Origin: a virus
Lineage: Duplodnaviria; Caudoviricetes
Length of the DNA: 51,980 nucleotides
IMG/VR virus record: IMGVR_UViG_3300037755_000190
Coordinates: 1 to 51,980 of that record
Strand: one strand, 5' to 3'
Shown: one piece after another, positions 34,927-42,901 of the stretch
Position numbering within the stretch: position 1 is the stretch's first letter
Layout of the letters: the number at the start of each line of letters is the position of its first letter
Translations under genes and position numbers: made by a program
Notes under the pieces: model-generated
Databases searched by the model: none
Seen by the model: only the letters and a program-made list of their open reading frames with translations
What the model was told of the DNA's origin: nothing

Positions 34927-34972
34927 TGGTCTACTGGATGTCCTGTTATGATTACTCTTCCCCTATAACAAT

Positions 34973-35001
34973 AGTATACGAAAGACAACCGTAGATTGCA
35001 A
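34973..35001 (-). promoter_or_regulatory. sigma70-type promoter of the late arm
   Basis: TTGCAA-N17-TATACT pointing into the terminase genes. Confidence 0.75.
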
Positions 35002-35244
35002 TAGCTAACTTCGTTAGCAAGACAGAATTTTCAGACAAATCAACACAGCGCTCCGCTTAAGGGAGACATAGAGAAATCTATGGACAGTGAAGGGGGTTCC
35101 GTGCTACCCTATTGATTCTCTAAGAGATACACTAAGAGTATTAACTTAGAGACTATACAGCAGTGTTCTATACCCTAAGGTACCCTAGGGTTATTCTGGG
35201 AGGGGTTCTCCAAGGGGAACCTAGGCGGCCGATGAGAGGGGACG

Positions 35245-35508
35245 ATGCCTGAAGATTTAGAAGAGGTTGATCTGACTAGCTTAGAGGTGGACGAGATATC
35301 TGTCTGCCTGGAGTACATACGACAAGTAATGCCCGGTAAGAAGTTCCTCTTGGTGGTCTATGAGCCGGACAGCAGACCGAAGAGTGGGCTTCTCGCTAGG
35401 TGTGGCTCTAATATGAAGTCAGAGGAGATCAAGCGAGCCCTCATCGAAGTGAGGCGTTACGTTAGCCGGGATAACATAAAGGTCTACGCTAAGACAAAGA
35501 GGAATTAG
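35245..35508 (+). CDS. hypothetical protein
   Basis: GAGGGG SD; 87 aa. Confidence 0.7.
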   Translation: MPEDLEEVDLTSLEVDEISVCLEYIRQVMPGKKFLLVVYEPDSRPKSGLLARCGSNMKSEEIKRALIEVRRYVSRDNIKVYAKTKRN

Positions 35509-35510
35509 TT

Positions 35511-35852
35511 ATGCAGATAGCTCGCTTTGCAGGGAATAAAGGGAAATGGCGTACCCTTGAGATATCTACCATCAAGTGTGGGCCGTTTGCCTTCGCGATA
35601 AGACCTTACGAGACAGCCATTAGTTGGCCACGTAGGTACAAGCAGGGTCAAGAGGAATGGGTTATTGTAGCGGCTTACGACACGGAGGAAGAAGCTAGGG
35701 CTGGCCATGCTGATTGGGTAAAGATCATGCTTAAAACACCACCAGACAAGCTAGTTGACTGCTGCAACTTTGCGATGATGGCGGCGAGGAGAGATAAGGG
35801 CTTGCTGTCTCTGTCGGACCTAGTAGCTGAAGCAAGAGAAGACATCAGCTAA
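35511..35852 (+). CDS. hypothetical phage protein
   Basis: GAGG SD; ISTI...PYETAI....W.IV..YDTEEEARAGHADWV. Confidence 0.75.
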   Translation: MQIARFAGNKGKWRTLEISTIKCGPFAFAIRPYETAISWPRRYKQGQEEWVIVAAYDTEEEARAGHADWVKIMLKTPPDKLVDCCNFAMMAARRDKGLLSLSDLVAEAREDIS

Positions 35853-36068
35853 AGAAACACCTAAAGGTGTAAAAGAGTAACCCCTTACTGCTAGAACTAG
35901 AGGTAGTTCTATGAGCGCCATGGGGAAGCACTAGGGCATTGTTGCAGTAAGGGGTTATAGGTTGCCAGTCGTACAGATGTAGATTACCGGGTAGGTGGTT
36001 GCTTAGCTCACAATCCAACACTATGGTCAGACAAAGAAGGATTGACTAACGGACCGGACCTACCCGGC
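35851..36068 (-). ncRNA. putative two-domain structured small RNA
   Basis: 10-bp stem 35987-35996/36058-36067 and 14-bp stem 35878-35891/35944-35957, each with internal hairpins. A promoter lies directly upstream and a hairpin plus U-tract at the 3' end. Confidence 0.6.
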
Positions 36069-36074
36069 AGTGAG

Positions 36075-36103
36075 AAACTATACCTTACTCAGAATCTCGT
36101 CAA
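36075..36103 (-). promoter_or_regulatory. sigma70-type promoter for the putative ncRNA
   Basis: (C)TTGACG-N17-TAGTTT; predicted +1 near 36068. Confidence 0.6.
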
Positions 36104-37312
36104 GCCCCTTCGGTCGAACAGGCTCAAACAACAGTTGTCTGCCCCCAAGACAGCCCTATGCCATCAGGAGCCCTCAGAGCGCCACACAGGCCAGTGATCG
36201 CTATAGGGCTTGTGGTTAGATACCCTAAGGTGCTAACACCCGTGTACGAGGCTCCTAGGGGCTTACAGGGGCTATACGCCTCCTTAGGGGTACGGCATAA
36301 TTTCTTGGAGTAAAATTCAAGGGGTGATTCAGGGGGAGGGAGGAGGCCCGGCCCCCCTTATACCCGGGGGGCGGCACTCTTGGCAGGAAGGTCAGCAACG
36401 TTTTACCCCACTAACCACTGGTCCAACGAGACATCCGACCACATACACGTCTAAGTCCTTGGCCACCTTAGTATATCTAACCGCAACCACTGCTCGGCTT
36501 CTCCCTCCAACTCTGACATCCGTTGCTCCCTTACCACATCCCTTGCTCTATGGACATTGATAGGCTACTGCTCCGCTTGCTGGCCCAGTCGTTCGAATGT
36601 ATATCTATCAGCAGCCAAGCATCTGGCCTCGTCGCTCACTCACGGCGCTGTAACTGATGCTAGCTAAGCGGGGGCTTGAGGAGCAGACAGAGAATAGGAT
36701 AGGTCTTCGGGCCTCGCTTATACTTTGTCTGCTTTGCTTTTGTCTGGCTCTGTTGGTCCACGATAGCTCTTGCCATAGTGTTAGGCCCTCACGGTCATAC
36801 ACAGCCCAATGGATGCTTAGTGATATATGATCGCTAAGCTGTGCTTGTTGATAGCCCCGCTCTTTCCCGCCATAAGTTGACCAAGCAACACCCAGCTCAT
36901 CGCTTCGCGTCGCCACCTAGACGCGCTGCGCGCGTCTAGCCAAATGCTTCGCATTCGGTACGTGGCTTCGCTTCGCTATGCAGTGCCCACCTCACCAGCC
37001 CTTGAATATATCTTCCTCGTGTCGTCCTATCGTACAAGTTACCTCTGTGCCTCCTCAAGGGGGACACTACGCGCGCAGTCACGTGTCCTAAGTACGCCTG
37101 CGTAGAGCGCTCAGACACCGAGTATACAAGCCCTAGTGTGCTTCTTGTGGTCGCACACTGCGGGTTCCGTGCATAGCGCTCTACTCCGGCTATGCTTTAC
37201 GAGCGCGTAGTGTCGCAGGCTTCGCCTGCCTTCGCCCCTTGACCAGACCCAGAGAACTTGTGGATCGGGGACGACTTCGTCATGAGACGGAGCGTAAAAA
37301 GGAGCTGTACAG

Positions 37313-37615
37313 ATGGCTAAATTCCTCATTTCGATCGTGGGTGGCCTGCGCCCTTTCGTTTTGGCTTCAGCATTCAGCCTCTTGGCCCTTCATCCGGGAA
37401 ACGCAAAGCCCAAGAGCCAGTGCAACGTGCTGACAGACAAGACCCAGTGCGAAGCGCTAAAGGGAGGCGAAATCAACCTGTGTCAATGGATCGACATGTC
37501 GAACAGCTACACAGTGAACGGGCCGCGCAAATCCTACTGCCGGCTGTCGGGCAAGAGCATAACGAAGGAGCAGTACGAAGCTCTGAAAACGGCTTCGACG
37601 CCCAAGGCCCAGTAA
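37313..37615 (+). CDS. secreted Cys-rich protein (moron-like)
   Basis: AAGGAG SD, signal-peptide-like N-terminus, four Cys (C..C..CQW..YCR), own terminator. Confidence 0.8.
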   Translation: MAKFLISIVGGLRPFVLASAFSLLALHPGNAKPKSQCNVLTDKTQCEALKGGEINLCQWIDMSNSYTVNGPRKSYCRLSGKSITKEQYEALKTASTPKAQ

Positions 37616-37647
37616 ATCGCTGGCTCGGTAAGCACTGAGAGGTACAG

Positions 37648-37678
37648 AGGGGTGTCCGAAAGGATGCCCCTTTTTTCT
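37648..37678 (+). terminator. intrinsic terminator
   Basis: GGGGTGTCC-GAAA-GGATGCCCC-TTTTTT. Confidence 0.9.
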
Positions 37679-37889
37679 TACTCGGTGGGGCTGCAATAAG
37701 CGGAGTTCGCTAGTCGCTCACTAGTGTCTCAGTCGAGTTCGCCTACGGCTCACATATTCTTTTCGTTCGCTGGATACCTCCAACGAACACTCGGGGCCAC
37801 AACCCTAGCGTGCCCCATCGCGCCCGCTCGCAATCCATTGGTGTACGAGACGGGACGCGACGGGCCACACTAGGGATGTGGGATCGAGA

Positions 37890-37918
37890 TTAACAACCCC
37901 TGCAACTTGGTGTACAAT
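37890..37918 (+). promoter_or_regulatory. putative sigma70 early promoter
   Basis: TTAACA-N17-TACAAT upstream of the early ORF string. Confidence 0.55.
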
Positions 37919-37996
37919 GACCTCGCCTAGACAGAAGTTAGGAAGGTCAGGCAGTATCCAAACTAATGTAGCTTCACTCCAAAGCGAGCCCAACAG

Positions 37997-38428
37997 ATGA
38001 GACAACCCAAGAAAAGAAAAGCAGGTATAGAGGACTTGGTATCTAATTTGAATGACCTTAGAGATTTACTTGATGGACCGATCGGCACAGCACCCCTATT
38101 GAAATCAAAACCTCTGACGCCAAGCCAAATGGATAAGCTAGTTAAGAGAGCCTTCAACAATATTTTATCGCACCACCGTCTATTGCGTTTAGAGATTAGC
38201 TCAAGATCAGTTCAAATAGATGGATGGAAGAAAAGAGCAGCCGATGAGGTACAGGCACAGCTCTTAGGTAATCCTAAAGTAATCAATCCTGCGTCTATAG
38301 TATATACTCGTAAGGCTTTAGTGCTTGAACAAAGGCTAAAAGTGTTAGATACTATGTGGGAGTTGATTTTGGGTACGTACGAAGATTACTTCAACTGCCG
38401 ATACGAGCCAGGAGGGGATACCAAATGA
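37997..38428 (+). CDS. early hypothetical protein
   Basis: 143-aa basic helical ORF. Confidence 0.7.
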   Translation: MRQPKKRKAGIEDLVSNLNDLRDLLDGPIGTAPLLKSKPLTPSQMDKLVKRAFNNILSHHRLLRLEISSRSVQIDGWKKRAADEVQAQLLGNPKVINPASIVYTRKALVLEQRLKVLDTMWELILGTYEDYFNCRYEPGGDTK

Positions 38429-38649
38429 GCAGTGATGATAAATACGGCAAAAGCCTTATTGGCGCTGAAATAGAAATCCCTGTTCATTACGATCTGTGGA
38501 TGCAAGGCGCTCGCTTTGGGAAAGTAACAGCGTTTAGGGAAGGGAAGGGCGGTACGAGTAGCTATGTACTAGTTAAAATAAACCATCCTAGGGTGCATGG
38601 CAGACTGAAGATATGGGCCTTAGACTGGGATTACATTAGAATATTGTGA
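38425..38649 (+). CDS. early hypothetical protein (SH3-like pattern)
   Basis: GGAGG SD, ATGA overlap; IPVHYDLWMQGARFGKV. Confidence 0.7.
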   Translation: MSSDDKYGKSLIGAEIEIPVHYDLWMQGARFGKVTAFREGKGGTSSYVLVKINHPRVHGRLKIWALDWDYIRIL

Positions 38650-38658
38650 GGCAGGGAA

Positions 38659-38901
38659 ATGATTAAGACAACTAAAGAACAGCGCGCTACACTGCTTGCC
38701 AAGTTCAAGCGCAGCAGACTAAAACAAAGAAGAAATACGTTGTTGGATCGCAATTACGCTGTGTACGATGAAATTAACTATAGTGATTACCGCTCATTCC
38801 GTAGACACGTGCAAGGAACATACTGCATGGACGGTGCTATAACTGTTCAATGGTGCAACATGTGGCTGTGTATCGAAAAAGACGGTTATTGCCACACGTA
38901 G
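38659..38901 (+). CDS. early hypothetical protein
   Basis: GAGG SD; Y.SFRR.V....D.AI.VQWC.MWL.IE.DGY.HT. Confidence 0.75.
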   Translation: MIKTTKEQRATLLAKFKRSRLKQRRNTLLDRNYAVYDEINYSDYRSFRRHVQGTYCMDGAITVQWCNMWLCIEKDGYCHT

Positions 38902-38915
38902 AAAGGTGACGACGG

Positions 38916-39116
38916 ATGAAATACGTTAAAGTATGCCCACGCGGCTTTGCAAATGAGTATACTATTTATGTCATCACAAACGAGGAATGGGGCGAATACA
39001 TAGAAGAATGCGGTAATTTGGAGAACGAAGAAGGGAGCGGGTACACGGTCGAATACAAAAATCCTGCTCAATGGGTAATTAATCGCGCTATACCTTGGAA
39101 AGATCGTTCAATATGA
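38916..39116 (+). CDS. early hypothetical protein
   Basis: AAGGTG SD; 66 aa. Confidence 0.65.
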   Translation: MKYVKVCPRGFANEYTIYVITNEEWGEYIEECGNLENEEGSGYTVEYKNPAQWVINRAIPWKDRSI

Positions 39117-39310
39117 AAGTGTATTACGGACAATACAACCGGCTTGGAGTGCATATTTGGCAATCAAACCGCGATGTCATCAGAGCAGCCAGCAAAATGC
39201 TCAAGGATAAGTTCAACAGAACAGAAAGGGAGGCTAGGCACGCCTTCTATAGATCGGCACTAGAGATACACAAGGGCGAACAAGACTTATCAATCCGTTA
39301 TCGCTTATAG
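39113..39310 (+). CDS. early hypothetical protein
   Basis: ATGA overlap with the previous stop. Confidence 0.65.
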   Translation: MKVYYGQYNRLGVHIWQSNRDVIRAASKMLKDKFNRTEREARHAFYRSALEIHKGEQDLSIRYRL

Positions 39311-39321
39311 GACTATACGTC

Positions 39322-39519
39322 ATGAACATCGATAGTTCGCTTTGGTCTGTCCGCTCTTACGGCGATGGCAGCGCACACATTACCCAGCGATCAACGGGAA
39401 ACATTCGGACAGTCAACCGCTCCACTTTGCCCTCAGTAGATGATTTAGCCCAGATGCATGAATTGAAGTTCAATAGGATCATGCGCGAAGCCTTCCACCA
39501 CGCCAAGATAAGGAAATAA
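39322..39519 (+). CDS. early hypothetical protein
   Basis: AGGA SD; 65 aa. Confidence 0.65.
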   Translation: MNIDSSLWSVRSYGDGSAHITQRSTGNIRTVNRSTLPSVDDLAQMHELKFNRIMREAFHHAKIRK

Positions 39520-39523
39520 TCGC

Positions 39524-39847
39524 ATGCCTAAGTACCGCGTAATATTCACGGCAGACATGGTTAAGTTCGAAGATCGAGGTTACTTTAAATCTGTCCTTTG
39601 GGCACCTTTCGACCCTAACGTGCCTATCGCTCGGGATATCTGTGAGGCGACAAACTTAGCCAAGATAGAAAGCGAGTTTAAACTATTCTGCGACAAGTGC
39701 GTTGATCTGGCTAAGGCTAAAGTAAACGAGGAATGGAACGGCTTTCGAGCGTCAATTACTTATAACTGTGTGGAGCGTAAGCCTCGCGGCTGGAATAAAG
39801 CCAAACTTAAACATGAACAGGAGTTAACCGATGAGACTAAAGATTGA
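39524..39847 (+). CDS. early hypothetical protein
   Basis: TAAGGA SD; 107 aa. Confidence 0.7.
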   Translation: MPKYRVIFTADMVKFEDRGYFKSVLWAPFDPNVPIARDICEATNLAKIESEFKLFCDKCVDLAKAKVNEEWNGFRASITYNCVERKPRGWNKAKLKHEQELTDETKD

Positions 39848-40070
39848 GATATCTTGCGGCAATGCAGCTTTTGAGAACTACCCTGGTCTGGAATTAGCTA
39901 GAATACTCAGCACCTTAGCCGACCAAATCAGGCGCTCACACACAGGCATGTTAGGAACTTTCAAATCAGCAGGAGGTCGTGAATTAAGGGCGAGTAGCGG
40001 CAAGCTTATGGATATCAACGGCAACACTTGCGGTGCTTGGCAGATCACAGGAGATAAAGACGAGCAATGA
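39831..40070 (+). CDS. early hypothetical protein
   Basis: AGGAG SD; I.C.NAAF....ELARIL..LA....L.DINGNTCG.W. Confidence 0.75.
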   Translation: MRLKIEISCGNAAFENYPGLELARILSTLADQIRRSHTGMLGTFKSAGGRELRASSGKLMDINGNTCGAWQITGDKDEQ

Positions 40071-40429
40071 GTACGACCGATATCCCACAGGAAGGCTATT
40101 CTAATCGTGAGACTTGGGCTGTCTGCCTTGCCATAAATAACGCAAAGTGGATGTTAGAGCACTCTAAGGGGTTGCTACAGTTCGTCAAGGACAGGGCCAA
40201 ACAGAAGGGCGAAGAAGACGACCACTTGACAGTAGACGAGTTCATATTACTATGGTACGCTCAAGCTTTGGAAATCTACATTACCGAGATTATCGAAGCA
40301 CACTGCGAGAGTATACAATCCGTGTTCTCGCATCAGACCGACGTGGATGTCGCCTTGCTGATCAATAGCTTAATGGGGCTTCCCCGTGTCAATTGGCGTG
40401 AAGTGGCAGCAGATCAATTAGCAGAATAG
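40067..40429 (+). CDS. early hypothetical protein
   Basis: GYSNRETWAV.L.I.N ... VNWREVA pattern. Confidence 0.75.
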   Translation: MSTTDIPQEGYSNRETWAVCLAINNAKWMLEHSKGLLQFVKDRAKQKGEEDDHLTVDEFILLWYAQALEIYITEIIEAHCESIQSVFSHQTDVDVALLINSLMGLPRVNWREVAADQLAE

Positions 40430-40511
40430 CCCATCTACTGTCTTAAAATAACCACATACATGCAATATGCGCGGTCATTGAGGTTACTCACAACATTGGA
40501 GACTTATTACC

Positions 40512-40967
40512 ATGGCACAACACTACACCGTGAATGATCAGGATACTGTGGCACAAATCGCTATCGCCTATGTCTCAAACCATACGGTTCAAATTGATGA
40601 TCTGCCTCGTCTGATGAGTAAAATTCGGCTTGGCTTGACGGACCACACAGACACAGACGAAGCGGCAGACGAGTTTGACACTACCCCTTATCCGCGTTCT
40701 TCCCCGCTAGGCTGGAAGGGTGTTAAGGAGCCTCGCAAGCTAACCAGCAAAGAGATAGAGCGCTCCATTACCCCAAACGAAATTATCTGCTTTGAGAACG
40801 ACCGTGGTTATAAGAGCATGAAAAGGGGACTCGCGACCCTAGGCTTGACGGTCGATGAATACCGGGCCAAGTGGGGTCTGCCGAGGGATTACCCCATGGT
40901 TGCCCCTAACTACGCCGCCGCTCGCTCTAATCTGGCTAAGGAGCTGGGGCTAGGTCAGAGGCGCTAA
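40512..40967 (+). CDS. mucR: MucR/Ros family regulator lacking most zinc ligands
   Basis: AQIAIAYVSNH.V..DDLP.L, SITP..IICFE, YRAKWGLPRDYPMVAPNYAAARS.LAKELGLG. Confidence 0.92.
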   Translation: MAQHYTVNDQDTVAQIAIAYVSNHTVQIDDLPRLMSKIRLGLTDHTDTDEAADEFDTTPYPRSSPLGWKGVKEPRKLTSKEIERSITPNEIICFENDRGYKSMKRGLATLGLTVDEYRAKWGLPRDYPMVAPNYAAARSNLAKELGLGQRR

Positions 40968-41012
40968 ACCGTATACCAGTAGCCATCTGGGAAACTGCCC
41001 CTAAGAGGGCTA

Positions 41013-41041
41013 AGGGGATGGCTTAGGCTGTCCCCTCTTTT
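41013..41041 (+). terminator. intrinsic terminator after mucR
   Basis: AGGGGATGGC-TTAG-GCTGTCCCCT-CTTTT. Confidence 0.75.
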
Positions 41042-41062
41042 GCATCAGCAAGCGAGAAGACA

Positions 41063-41227
41063 ATGAGAGTAGCCACACACTTAAAAATCTATCTCGAAGA
41101 CAGCCAAGACACGGTTTTAGAGGTCTACCTTCCCCGCGCCCTAACCAAGGATGAAGCCGAGCGGCTATCTGACTACATCAAAGCGCTGGTTATTCCCGAC
41201 ACAGAGACACAGGACACAGACCAATGA
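41063..41227 (+). CDS. 54-aa hypothetical protein (not in ORF track)
   Basis: MRVATHLKIYLEDSQDTVLEVYLPRALTKDEAERLSDYIKALV...; ATGA overlap with the next gene. Confidence 0.6.
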   Translation: MRVATHLKIYLEDSQDTVLEVYLPRALTKDEAERLSDYIKALVIPDTETQDTDQ

Positions 41228-41766
41228 CCAAGCTAAACGAGAAACAAACGAAAGTCCTAGCAGCCCTGAAGAATGCGCGAGCTGAGATGCCTTATAAGGG
41301 CTTGGAGTTAGTCAACGTTCTCCGATCCCTGGACAAACTAGGGCTGGCGCACAAAGACGCGCGAGGCGAATGGTGGGCATCTAAGATGCTTGATCCGGAA
41401 CCCTCTGAGAAGGCTCAGGATGCCCCTACAGCCACGAAAGCAAAAAGCGCTATCCTACCATCTGAAAAAGCAAAGAAGACGCCTAAGGCCGCTGCAAAGC
41501 CGTCTAGTACACCCTCAAGCCCGAAGGGCAGTACATCTCACGATGTTTTAGTAAAGGAGCCCCCCTCTTATGCCCCATCCGCGCCAGATTATAAACGCCT
41601 TGTGGACGAAAAACAGACGCTTGTCGGCTACCTCTACACCTCTAACGACATTACTATCACAGAGACAGCCCGAGGAACCGTTATTGCCCGTGGCCTCTCC
41701 CCCAACACAGCGCTGGTCAACTTCAATAAGAAGACAGGGCTTAAGGCTCGCTGTGAAGGGGATTGA
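41224..41766 (+). CDS. hypothetical protein with wHTH-like N-terminus and K/A/P/S-rich linker
   Basis: 180 aa; low-complexity basic middle segment. Confidence 0.7.
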   Translation: MTKLNEKQTKVLAALKNARAEMPYKGLELVNVLRSLDKLGLAHKDARGEWWASKMLDPEPSEKAQDAPTATKAKSAILPSEKAKKTPKAAAKPSSTPSSPKGSTSHDVLVKEPPSYAPSAPDYKRLVDEKQTLVGYLYTSNDITITETARGTVIARGLSPNTALVNFNKKTGLKARCEGD

Positions 41767-42057
41767 GAATTATCTAAAGACAAGCGACCGAAGGCAACTA
41801 AAATCTGTTCTTGAGGCATTAACAATCGTTAAATTAACCAAACAGGTTAAGCGGCCGCTATAGCTCACTATTTTGCTTGCTAACCCTGCCTTGGATTGCC
41901 TAACTTGTTGTTGTAGGGAGAAGTAGACGGCCCTGCGGATCGTAAGAAAAGAAAGCTCACTGGCAGCTAGTCGTCCACGAAAGTGGATCACAAAGCCTTT
42001 AAACAACAGATCAGGCGGCTAATCACTGGCTGGTTTAACTAAAGGGTTTACAGACAT

Positions 42058-42849
42058 ATGGCTATTCGCTATATTGTACGTCCAAGTCATATCCGCCTTA
42101 CTCCTAAGGCCCTGGCGACGAAGTTGGAAGCTGAGAAAGTCGTACAGACTAGCCTCCTCGCCCAACTATTCGATCCCAGCCAGGATGTTTTCCTCGGATA
42201 TCCTCCCCCCAATCGAGTCCAGGGGTTTACGGAAGGTCAGGCGGCAACAAGTGCCGGAGCGCAGTCCTACCGTGATCTGTATAGCTTCTATTGCAAAGAC
42301 AAGTACAGCCAGCGCAAAGCTATAGACGCCGCAGGGATCAAAGTTCCTGTAACTTGGGGTATTAGCCCTGATGGAGCCTTTGCTACGCGTGGCGGTAAAT
42401 TCGTCATTCGTCCCCGTAATCATATGGGTGGTCAAGGCTTCCAGGTTGTAGATAACGTCTCTGCCTTTACCTCCCCCAACACTTCCTATTTGTCTCGACT
42501 GTTCGAGCGCCAGCACGAATACCGGGTTATCTATTCGCACGGTCAGCGAGTTTGTACCCTTTATAAGAAGATGCCCGAGGGGATCTCTCAGGATGTGCCC
42601 TGGACGCTAGCAAATGGAGCTTTCTTTCAGCAGATCAACAGCAGGCAAGAAAATCATCGTCTCCATGATCGCGGCGCTTACGCGGCGCTAGAGGCGTTCT
42701 CTGTAGTCAAGGAAGCCCATGTCTGCGCCGTGGATATCGCTGTGTCCGCAGATAGCTATGCTGTCTTTGAAATCAACTTCTGCCCTTCCCTTAAGCTGGA
42801 ATCTCGCTTAGAGGCCGTCGCTAATAGGCTGAAGGCGTTCCGAGCGTAG
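42058..42849 (+). CDS. ATP-grasp ligase
   Basis: DKYSQR..I..AGIKVP.T, FVIRP..H.GG.GF, EYRV, AVDI and VFEINFCPSL. Confidence 0.85.
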   Translation: MAIRYIVRPSHIRLTPKALATKLEAEKVVQTSLLAQLFDPSQDVFLGYPPPNRVQGFTEGQAATSAGAQSYRDLYSFYCKDKYSQRKAIDAAGIKVPVTWGISPDGAFATRGGKFVIRPRNHMGGQGFQVVDNVSAFTSPNTSYLSRLFERQHEYRVIYSHGQRVCTLYKKMPEGISQDVPWTLANGAFFQQINSRQENHRLHDRGAYAALEAFSVVKEAHVCAVDIAVSADSYAVFEINFCPSLKLESRLEAVANRLKAFRA

Positions 42850-42901
42850 TCTTCCTCTTTTTGTTGTCTGAAGCCCCATCCATTTGAGGGACCGATTCGT
42901 C

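Noticed and set aside
36324-37329. ORFs 36324..36560, 36608..36916, 36936..37118 and 37111..37329
   Set aside because: No convincing SD, atypical composition and no motifs; the region looks non-coding.
41819-41850. Four TTAA words resembling CtrA boxes
   Set aside because: Spacings are 6, 1 and 9 nt, not TTAA-N7-TTAA.
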